A stretch of 57,254 nucleotides of DNA from NCBI GenBank assembly GCA_963753345.1, contig CAVWBU010000046.1, positions 1-57,254 of the forward strand, written 5' to 3'. The translations under genes and the position numbers were made by a program. The notes under the pieces are model-generated. The model ran no database searches. It was not told where the DNA came from and saw nothing but the letters and a program-made list of their open reading frames with translations. Positions 49,324 to 57,254 of this stretch are shown piece by piece (within the stretch, counting starts at the first letter, position 1; every line of letters starts with the position of its first letter). Source of the stretch: an uncultured Fibrobacterota bacterium (GTDB taxonomy: Bacteria; Fibrobacterota; Chitinivibrionia; Chitinivibrionales; FEN-1185).

Positions 49324-50247
49324 ATGGAAAAGAAAGTTGTAACGCTTGTCGGGGCAACCGGAACTCTGGGCTTCAGGATTGCAAAGGCACTTAGGGACCA
49401 GAATGCGGATGTGCGGGCAATGGTGAGGGCCTCAAGCAATCGAGAGAAACTTGAGCAAATCGGAATAACCGACTTTGTCGTTGCGGACATGATGAACCCT
49501 GCCTCGCTGCAGAAGGCGTTCTCTGCCATCCCGAAATCCGATGCCGTTGTCGCCAGCGCCGCTGGATATACCCGGCATGCCAAGGGCGATACCTCGCATA
49601 CCGACACCCAAGGATATCGCAACCTGGTGGACGCAACAAAGGCGGCGGGCATTTCCCGTTTTGTCTTGATCTCAATCCTTGAATGCGGCAAGGCCTTCGC
49701 AGTGCCGCATTTTTATCACAAATATCTAGTGGAACAATACCTTCGGGAAAAAGGGCAACCATTTGTCGCGCTTCGCGCAGGCGCTTTTCTGGACCAGGCC
49801 AGGGATTTCGTGCTGCCGAGAGTCAAGGAAGGGATCTTTCCGACTCTTGTCCCCGGCGTTTCGTATGGAATGATCTACACGCCAGATTTGGCGCGTTACG
49901 CCGCACTGGCCGCAACATCGCTTCCGGCGCGCGAACTAAACAGTTTTGTTGACGTCGGTTGGGACAAGCCAGCAACAGGAGCGGATATCGCAGCGGCTTT
50001 CTCAAAGGTCCTTGGAAAGAAAGTTGTGGCAAGACCCGCGTTCCCGCCATTCATTGTCAATGTGGTCCTGCCTCTCGTTGGTCTTTTTGTACCGGGTGTG
50101 AGGGACATGCGTGCGATGGTGGCGTGGATAAGAAAAGGGGGATACACGAGCAAGAACCCTGGGAGACAAAAAGAGCTATTCGGTGATTTGCCGACCATAG
50201 AGGAGCCGGTGAGGAGGTATTGCAAAGACCGAGGGCTCATTACGTGA
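49324..50247 (+). CDS. NmrA-like NAD(P)-binding protein
   Basis: VGATGTLG, NLVDATKAAGISRFVLIS. Confidence 0.9.
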   Translation: MEKKVVTLVGATGTLGFRIAKALRDQNADVRAMVRASSNREKLEQIGITDFVVADMMNPASLQKAFSAIPKSDAVVASAAGYTRHAKGDTSHTDTQGYRNLVDATKAAGISRFVLISILECGKAFAVPHFYHKYLVEQYLREKGQPFVALRAGAFLDQARDFVLPRVKEGIFPTLVPGVSYGMIYTPDLARYAALAATSLPARELNSFVDVGWDKPATGADIAAAFSKVLGKKVVARPAFPPFIVNVVLPLVGLFVPGVRDMRAMVAWIRKGGYTSKNPGRQKELFGDLPTIEEPVRRYCKDRGLIT

Positions 50248-50413
50248 CAAAGGCAGGTTCCAACCGTGGATGGCAACAATAGGCGCATGTCGTCAGACGC
50301 CGCCTGCGGCGGTGGTCGTTCAGCCGGAGAATCGTTATCCAGTGGCACTTTCTCAGCGCACGTGGTAGTAATTGAAAGTAGATTGGAATGAAGACAAAAT
50401 AAAGGGACACTCC

Positions 50414-51007
50414 ATGACAAATCGTGTAAAAAATCCCAGGGTGGATGCATTTTTTGATAAAACCGAAAAGTGGCGGAAAGAATTCGAGAAATTGAGAATG
50501 ATTATTCTCGATTGCGGGCTTACCGAAGAGTTAAAGTGGGGTGTTCCTTGTTACACGTTTCAGGATAGTAACGTGGTCCTGATCCATGGATTCAAAGAGT
50601 ATTGCGCAATTCTGTTCATCAAGGGTGCCTTGCTTAAAGATACCAAGGATATCTTAATCCGCCAAACGGAAAACGTGCAGGCGGGCCGCCAGGTTCGTTT
50701 CACCGCAGTCCGGGAAATCGTGGAGATGGAATCCACCTTGAAAGCCTACATTAATGAAGCCATAGAAGTGGAAAAAGCAGGTTTGAAAGTGGATCTCAAG
50801 AAGACATCCGAATATAAGATTCCCGAAGAATTGCAAAAGAAATTGGACGAAATTACCGGCCTGAAATCCGCCTTTGAAGCTTTGACGCCGGGAAGGCAAA
50901 GAGCTTACCTCTTTTATTTTTCTCAACCCAAGCAATCCCAAACCAGGGAGGCCAGGGTTGAAAAAAGCATTCCGCAAATTCTCAAGGGGAAGGGATTGAA
51001 TGACTAA
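50414..51007 (+). CDS. YdeI/OmpD-associated family protein
   Basis: EELKWGVPCY, FEALTPGRQRAY, TREARVEK. Confidence 0.92.
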   Translation: MTNRVKNPRVDAFFDKTEKWRKEFEKLRMIILDCGLTEELKWGVPCYTFQDSNVVLIHGFKEYCAILFIKGALLKDTKDILIRQTENVQAGRQVRFTAVREIVEMESTLKAYINEAIEVEKAGLKVDLKKTSEYKIPEELQKKLDEITGLKSAFEALTPGRQRAYLFYFSQPKQSQTREARVEKSIPQILKGKGLND

Positions 51008-51099
51008 TGCATTCAATGCTGTACCTCGGTAATCAAGCTTTTCGAGTACACATTTGAAGAAGATCTCCTGGTGCAAACCTTAACTCTCGGGGAATTATT

Positions 51100-51474
51100 A
51101 TGAATCCAGTACAGTTGCCTTTTCTGGTAGAAGGAATTCTGGTTCTTGTTGCCATGACTTTTGGCATTCTTCTCAGCCGGAAAGGAAAACCTTACGGCAA
51201 GGTGAAACTTGTAGCCCACCTGTTTTTCTTTGTGTGGTTCGCCACGGGTTTTGGTTTTATCCTCCACGGACTTTCCAAAGGTTCTGCAATGAACGTAACC
51301 TGGCTCCCGGTTTCCGTGATGGGTTTGACGATTCTGACTCAATTTGTATCCGGCTTGGTGATGCTTGCTGCCAGGAATGCAGGAAAAGTACTGCCAAAGA
51401 TTCACCTGGCATCGGCGCTATTGCTGCTTGCATCGGATATCTGCGCTTTCTTCATTACAGGGTTTCGCCCCTGA
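51100..51474 (+). CDS. Four-TM membrane protein
   Basis: GKPYG motif with His residues; four hydrophobic helices. Confidence 0.72.
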   Translation: MNPVQLPFLVEGILVLVAMTFGILLSRKGKPYGKVKLVAHLFFFVWFATGFGFILHGLSKGSAMNVTWLPVSVMGLTILTQFVSGLVMLAARNAGKVLPKIHLASALLLLASDICAFFITGFRP

Positions 51475-51618
51475 TTTTACAGATTTCATTTCCAGGGCGG
51501 CATGGGGCCGCAGAACGGATGCTTATGTCTAGTTTTTTTTCTCCGGAGTTTTTTGTAATACTTCTTTCTCGATACACAAACAACGGTAAATCTTCAAAGC
51601 TGGAAAGGGGTTAACATT

Positions 51619-52035
51619 ATGGCACAGCTTCATCCGTATTTGACGTTCAGTGGGAACTGCCGCGAGGCGATGTCATTTTATAAGGAGTGTTTGGGAGGAA
51701 AATTAAAAATGCAGACTGCCGGAGAATCTCCCGCCGCATCTCAGATGCCGAAGGAATATCACAACAACATTCTCCACGCCGTCCTGGAAACGGAAGGTTT
51801 CACCCTGATGGCATCCGACATGATGGCTCAGGGAAATCTGGTCAATGGAAATACAGTGACCCTCTCTCTGGTATGCACAACCAAAGAAGAACTTGAAACC
51901 TGTTTTACAAAACTCTCGGCCGGCGGAAAAATCGGGCATCCGTTGACAAAACAATTCTTCGGAACTATTGGAGACCTTACCGATAAATTCGGCTTTCGAT
52001 GGATGTGCGTATTGAACACCGAGATGCCAAAGTAA
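51619..52035 (+). CDS. VOC (PhnB-like) family protein
   Basis: PYLTFSGNCREAMSFY, LMASD, DKFGFRWM. Confidence 0.92.
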   Translation: MAQLHPYLTFSGNCREAMSFYKECLGGKLKMQTAGESPAASQMPKEYHNNILHAVLETEGFTLMASDMMAQGNLVNGNTVTLSLVCTTKEELETCFTKLSAGGKIGHPLTKQFFGTIGDLTDKFGFRWMCVLNTEMPK

Positions 52036-52082
52036 GCCCGACCCAAAATAGAGATGGCATAAATTTCCTAAGGAGATTGTAA

Positions 52083-52624
52083 ATGGCAAGAGTTTGCACT
52101 TACTTGAATAGCACAGCCCGCGCATTCCCCGCGACCTGGCGCGGGGTTAGCGGGCGATCTATTTTCTTAGCTATGGAAGAATCCCCGCCACTTGGGGCGG
52201 GGTTCTTCAATTTTGCCCGCAATACCGAAGAGGCTTTTACATTCTACAAATCGGTCTTTGGCGGAGATTTTATCGGTGACGGAATCAGTCGGTTGGGCGA
52301 CATACCCCGTACCGAGGGCATGCCTCCATTGGCGGAAGAGGATAAAAATCTCATAATGCACATTGAACTTCCCATTCTCGGCGGACATGTTTTAATGGGA
52401 ACAGACGCGCCGGAATCAATGGAATTCACCTTGCACGCTGGAAACAGTATCCATTTATTCTGCTTGAACCTGATTCCAAATCTGAAACTCAAAGACTGTT
52501 TGATGCTCTATCCGGTAGTGGAAAAATAACAATGCCTCTGCAAACAATGTTCTGGGGAGCTTATTATGGCAGTTGCACCGATAAATTCGGGGTGCAATGG
52601 ATGTTCAATTATACTGAAAACTAA
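52083..52624 (+). pseudogene. VOC (PhnB-like) gene with in-frame element insertion and frameshift
   Basis: MARVCTYLN-[34 aa insert]-FARNTEEAF; C-terminus LEPDSK...MFWGAYYGSCTDKFGVQWMFN lies in another frame after about 52455. Confidence 0.85.
52109..52210 (+). mobile_element. Family C miniature element, copy 6 (102 nt, intragenic)
   Basis: Removal restores TAC TTG AAT TTT GCC (YLNFA); same ends as the other copies. Confidence 0.85.
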
Positions 52625-52637
52625 AGGATAAATAATC

Positions 52638-53084
52638 ATGCCTACAAACACCGTCAGACTTCACCGTGTGCTTCGTGCGAAACCAGAAAGAGTGTATCGG
52701 GCATTCCTCGATCCGGATGCAATGGCAAAATGGCTTCCTCCGTATGGCTTCACCGGTAGGGTTCACCATGTGGAGGCAAAAGTCGGCGGCACCTACAAGA
52801 TGTCGTTTGCTAATTTTTCAACCGGTCACAGTCATTCTTTTGGCGGAGAATATCTTGAACTTTCGCCTGATAATCGCATTTGTCATACCAACAGGTTCGA
52901 TGATCCAAACATGCCCGGCGAAATGAAGACGACAATCTCCTTGAAGCAGGTTTCATGCGGAACCGAGTTGAACATCGTGCAAGAAGGCATTCCCGAAGCC
53001 ATTCCTCCGGAGAACTGCTATCTTGGATGGCAAGAATCGCTTTCACTTCTTGCGAAGCTTGTCGAGGCGGAAATTCCCGGGTAA
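52638..53084 (+). CDS. SRPBCC/AHSA1 family protein
   Basis: LHRVLRAKPERVYRAF, KWLPPYGF, CYLGWQESL. Confidence 0.93.
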   Translation: MPTNTVRLHRVLRAKPERVYRAFLDPDAMAKWLPPYGFTGRVHHVEAKVGGTYKMSFANFSTGHSHSFGGEYLELSPDNRICHTNRFDDPNMPGEMKTTISLKQVSCGTELNIVQEGIPEAIPPENCYLGWQESLSLLAKLVEAEIPG

Positions 53085-53306
53085 CAAGGAGAGACCATGT
53101 CCGCAAACAGATTGGCTCTCAACAAAAAGGAAGGATCGAAATGCGAAAATTATCCTTTTTTAAATTTGGGAACCTCTAAGGCGCAGCGGAACATCGGCAT
53201 CGGCAGGCGAAAGGGCGATGTGGCACGGCTCCTTAAAGAGCTCAGTCCATGACATTTTGGCGGTCCACTATTTCAACGAACAGACAAATCCAGGAAAGGG
53301 TCACAC

Positions 53307-54458
53307 ATGAGCAGGGTAGTTCTTGTACGATGCGATTCATACGATTGTGCCAAAGTAAAAGAAGCTGTCAAAAAAGGCGTTGACCTTCTCGGCGGCGTTG
53401 AGAAATTTGCAAAAAGGGGCGAAAAGATATTGCTCAAGGTCAACCTTCTCGTGGGCGATTCTCCTGACAAATGCGTTAACACGCACCCTTCGGTGTTTCG
53501 GGCCGTAGGCGAACTATTCAAGGCGGCTGGCGCGCAGGTTTGGTACGGCGATTCACCCGGATTCGGCAGCACGCTCGGGGCGGCGAAGAAAGCGGAACTG
53601 ACCGGGCCGGCGCAGGAGGCGGGCCTGGAGCTGAAGGAATTTCAGCAGGGCAAAGAAGTTTTTTTCGCAGAAGGAAAGCAGAACAAGAAATTCATCATTG
53701 CAAAGGCGGTACTCGACAGCGACGGCGTTGTAAGCCTGCCCAAACTGAAAACCCACGGCTTTGAGAAATTCACCGGTTGCATCAAGAACCAGTTCGGCTG
53801 CATCCCCGGCCTGCTCAAAGGAGAATTCCATGTGAAAGTTCCGGACGCGAACGATTTCGCCCGAATGCTTGTCGACCTCGACTCCTTTGTCCGACCCCGG
53901 CTGTACATCATGGACGGCATAACGGCCATGGAAGGAAACGGCCCGCGCGGCGGCAGCCCGAAGCAGATGAACGTTCTCCTGTTTTCCAAGGACCCCGTCG
54001 CGCTCGATGCCACCGTATGCAGAATGATCAACCTCGACCCAAACCTTGTTCCGACCGTGAAGTACGGCACGGAATCCGGCCGTGGCGTGTCTGCTCAGGG
54101 AGCAATTGAATTGGCAGGTGACGCGTTCGACCAGTTCCATTCCGACTCGTTCGATATCGACCGCTCCCCGCTCAAGCCGTACAAGCCCAGGGGAGTCCTG
54201 AAATTCTTCAGCAACGCTCTTGTGGCCAAACCGGTCATCAACAAGCGGAAATGCACCAAATGCGGAACCTGCATAAAGGTGTGCCCGGCAAATCCCAAGG
54301 CGGTCGACTGGGTGAACAACGACAAATCCAGGCCACCCGAGCACCGGTACGCCATCTGCATCCGCTGCTATTGCTGCCAGGAGTTGTGCCCCGAAAAGGC
54401 GATTGATTTGAGAAAACCGCTTATGCGAAGGCTTTTGGGGAGGAAGAAACAACAATAG
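53307..54458 (+). CDS. DUF362 protein with C-terminal 2x[4Fe-4S] ferredoxin domain
   Basis: LPKLKTH, MEGNGP, DPVALD; CTKCGTC...CP and CIRCYCCQELCP. Confidence 0.92.
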   Translation: MSRVVLVRCDSYDCAKVKEAVKKGVDLLGGVEKFAKRGEKILLKVNLLVGDSPDKCVNTHPSVFRAVGELFKAAGAQVWYGDSPGFGSTLGAAKKAELTGPAQEAGLELKEFQQGKEVFFAEGKQNKKFIIAKAVLDSDGVVSLPKLKTHGFEKFTGCIKNQFGCIPGLLKGEFHVKVPDANDFARMLVDLDSFVRPRLYIMDGITAMEGNGPRGGSPKQMNVLLFSKDPVALDATVCRMINLDPNLVPTVKYGTESGRGVSAQGAIELAGDAFDQFHSDSFDIDRSPLKPYKPRGVLKFFSNALVAKPVINKRKCTKCGTCIKVCPANPKAVDWVNNDKSRPPEHRYAICIRCYCCQELCPEKAIDLRKPLMRRLLGRKKQQ

Positions 54459-54763
54459 AACCTGATTCCGTGCCTATCGCAAATTTTCTCGCTAGGCAAT
54501 TGCGCGGACCCTCCGGATACGAAATATATCGGACAGTGAGCCGCCATCTGCTATTGACGTAAAAACTCGATAGCGGTATGCGCTTGACCGTGTCCTGTGG
54601 AAAAATGCCATCCGTCTTGCAATACTTCTAAAGACAGGGAAGCCGTACCACCTTAAAGATGCCTGTCGTTTCTGGTTTCCACCATCATTAATTAAGGAAA
54701 GCGGCGTAACGGATGGTATTTTTTCATTGGAAAGCAGTAGAATATTCTGATCAGGAAGATCAA

Positions 54764-57205
54764 ATGGCCGCATCAAAACCAAAAAGGAACGAAAGAGAAA
54801 GCAAGAACAACCGTCCCCAAAATCAGCCCGGAAAACAGAAAAAACAATCCAAAACAATCAACGTGAAACGATATCTCCCGGCCGTCATTCTCCTGCTGGT
54901 CACCGCCGTGTTCTACTGGCCCGTTCTTGCCGGCAAAGGGTTCCTCTGGGGCGACTTTCTTGAGCAGAATTTTGTGTACCGGCTTTTTGCGGCCGTGTCC
55001 CTCAAGCAGGGCGTGTTTCCTTTCTGGAACCCGTACGTCTTTTCGGGCATGCCCTTTTTTGCTGACGTGCAGGCCGCCGTGCTTTACCCCCTTAACCTTG
55101 TGCTCACGCCTTTCGCAAGCAGAGAATGGCTGAGCCCGCTTCTGGTCGAATACCAGATAGTCGTGCATATCGCCATGGCAGGATGTTTTATGTACCTGCT
55201 GAGCCGTGAATTCGGAGCGAGCAGGTACGGCAGCTTGCTTTCGGGCATCACCTTCATGTTCTGCGGGTTCTTCACGACCCATATTTTTCACGAGAACCTC
55301 ATTCATGCCGCCGCATGGTTCCCGCTTGCGATTTTCCTGTTCAAACGCGCCATGGACAGGACCAGCCTCCTCTACGCGTCGCTCACTGCGCTTGTGCTGT
55401 GCACCATTTTCCTGTGCGGCTATCCGCAGCTCCTGGTGCACATGTATTACTGGCTGGCCGCGTATTACCTTTTCGGACTTGTCCTGCGGATCAGGGAAAC
55501 AACGAAAGTATTGCCTGAAGTAAAGCGAGCCGGCCTGTTTGCCTCGCTGGTCGTTCTGGGCATCGGCATGTCGTCGGTGCAGTTTCTCCCCACGCAGGAA
55601 CTGGCCAAGAATTCGGTGCGGCCCACGCTGCCATTTGCCGAGTCCTGCGAAGGGTCGCTAAGGCCTTACCGTTTTGTCACTCTGTTCGTGCCCAATTACT
55701 TCAGCCGGCCAAGGACCACATCACAGATAGGCACCTATTGGGGAATATCGAAGAATGACCAGAACGGCGGCATGCAAAATTACTGGGAGACGGCGATCTA
55801 CACAGGAACCGTGCCGCTTGCGCTTGCGGCAATCGCGCCCTTTTTCGTGCGCACGCCCCTAACCATTTTTCTCTCCGTTATGGCGGTCCTGAGTTTTCTG
55901 CTTGCCATGGGCAATTCGTTTTTTCTGTACGGGCTTGCCTTCAAGTTGCTTCCGGCGCTCAATGCGTTCCGCATCCCCGGCCGCTTCGCTTATCTTTTTT
56001 CGCTGTCGGTTTCCCTGCTTGCGGGTTTCGGCCTCACCTGGCTGCAGTCCGTCGGGCCGCGGGAAAACGAAAAGCCGCGGGTCTTGCTCGAAAGGGCCCT
56101 TTGTGCAGCAGCAGGAGTGTGCGTGGCATGGGGACTTCTCTGGCTGTTTGGGGTCTTTAAAAACGGCATCGTCGAATTCATGATGGCGTCCGGGGGGTTC
56201 GGGTCAAATGCGTCCCAGATATCGGCAAATGTTGACAAACAGATATACCCGTTCGTGCTCAAGGGCGTATGGCTGTTTGTTGTATTTGCTGTGTGCGCTT
56301 CGGCGATCTGTTTTGCCCGCCTGCGCGGGAAATTGTCGGCGAAATCTACCGCCATCCTTCTGCTTGCCGCAGCTGTGCTCGATTTCATGGCGTTCGGGTT
56401 CGGCTACGCCGCGGGCAGGAGAGATCCGCGCATCATGTACGCGAAGAGGACCGCGGTCGAGCAATTGCAGGAGATGGGGGAAACCGAGTATTTCAGGATC
56501 AATGCGCGCAACTCGAGCCCGGGGACCGACGACCTTGGCGGCCCGTACATGGCGTTCCACAAGAATCAGGGGAGCGTGCACCGCCTGTTCCTCATGGAAG
56601 GGTACAACCCGCTGCGCCTCAAGCGCCAGCTTGTCAACCGCAAAGAACGCACGCTGGACATCCTGAATGTCAAGTATACAATCAGCATGGACGAGCAGAG
56701 GAAGGAAATGGGGCTTTCCGAGCGTCCGGCCTATTTCCCGCGCTGCCGCATGGTCTACGGCTATACAATAGAGAAAACTGAGGACGCCATTCTTAAGTGT
56801 CTTTATGACCCGTCGTTTGATTACAAAAAGTCCGTTGTCCTCGAGGAACAGCCAGCCCTGGTCGTCGACACCAGCGCTGCCGACACCGCGTGGAGCGCCG
56901 CCATCACAAGCTATTCTCTTAACAAAATCGACATGGACGTGACAACAGCGGCAAACGGGCTGTTGGTATTGAGCGAAATCCATTACCCGTCGTGGAAGGC
57001 CACCATTGACGGAACCCCCGCCCCGCTCTACCGGGCCGACTATGCGTTACGGGCGATTCCGGTTGAGAAGGGGCACCATACGGTGTCGTGCTATTTTTCA
57101 GAAGAGGTATTTAAGAAGGGGGTGATATTATCGCTGCTGTCACTTGCAATTACTCTGGGAATGGGCGGGTGGGGGTTGTGGCGGGAAAGAGGAATAAAGA
57201 CTTGA
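54764..57205 (+). CDS. YfhO family (GT-C-like) membrane protein
   Basis: PFWNPYVFSGMPFFAD, FRIPGRF, LNVKY, LSEIHYPSWKA, RADYALRA. Confidence 0.9.
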   Translation: MAASKPKRNERESKNNRPQNQPGKQKKQSKTINVKRYLPAVILLLVTAVFYWPVLAGKGFLWGDFLEQNFVYRLFAAVSLKQGVFPFWNPYVFSGMPFFADVQAAVLYPLNLVLTPFASREWLSPLLVEYQIVVHIAMAGCFMYLLSREFGASRYGSLLSGITFMFCGFFTTHIFHENLIHAAAWFPLAIFLFKRAMDRTSLLYASLTALVLCTIFLCGYPQLLVHMYYWLAAYYLFGLVLRIRETTKVLPEVKRAGLFASLVVLGIGMSSVQFLPTQELAKNSVRPTLPFAESCEGSLRPYRFVTLFVPNYFSRPRTTSQIGTYWGISKNDQNGGMQNYWETAIYTGTVPLALAAIAPFFVRTPLTIFLSVMAVLSFLLAMGNSFFLYGLAFKLLPALNAFRIPGRFAYLFSLSVSLLAGFGLTWLQSVGPRENEKPRVLLERALCAAAGVCVAWGLLWLFGVFKNGIVEFMMASGGFGSNASQISANVDKQIYPFVLKGVWLFVVFAVCASAICFARLRGKLSAKSTAILLLAAAVLDFMAFGFGYAAGRRDPRIMYAKRTAVEQLQEMGETEYFRINARNSSPGTDDLGGPYMAFHKNQGSVHRLFLMEGYNPLRLKRQLVNRKERTLDILNVKYTISMDEQRKEMGLSERPAYFPRCRMVYGYTIEKTEDAILKCLYDPSFDYKKSVVLEEQPALVVDTSAADTAWSAAITSYSLNKIDMDVTTAANGLLVLSEIHYPSWKATIDGTPAPLYRADYALRAIPVEKGHHTVSCYFSEEVFKKGVILSLLSLAITLGMGGWGLWRERGIKT

Positions 57206-57254
57206 GGGGCCCGTGCTATGGAAAAATTGCATCCATGGTACTCAAATAGGGAAG

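Noticed and set aside
53141-53179. MRKLSFF start resembling a RibD/DHFR-family remnant
   Set aside because: Only 12 codons; not enough evidence

Overview
GC-rich bacterial chromosomal segment with about 55 CDSs and no rRNA, tRNA, cas gene, integrase or transposase that I can recognise. Lipoproteins and T9SS/FlgD-like C-terminal tails hint at an FCB-group (possibly Fibrobacterota/Chitinivibrionia-like) organism; this is inference only. Content: housekeeping genes (lepB, nadE, gpmI, NifU-like, aminotransferase, SPFH/NfeD, DUF1538 plus P-II), surface-glycan genes, two type II toxin-antitoxin modules, and two accessory blocks of small redox/detox genes (1-4.5 kb and 46-53 kb, the latter partly decayed). 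Two things stand out. (1) A tightly coupled four-gene operon at 21670-28401 encodes an orphan TssB-TssC (T6SS sheath-like) fusion, a LysM-FecR protein, a CHASE2 membrane Ser/Thr kinase and an FHA-TM-lytic transglycosylase; it is a candidate trans-envelope phospho-circuit for peptidoglycan remodelling. (2) The intergenic DNA is rich in repeats: 8 copies of a 135-175 nt structured repeat with compensatory base changes (Flavo-1-like), a second structured repeat, and 7/8-mer tandem runs, all assembled in a fixed order into mosaic units. There is also a family of miniature IS200/IS605-like elements, one inserted in frame inside a VOC gene. A solitary type I-C CRISPR-like repeat precedes a small orphan ORF at 43.8 kb.
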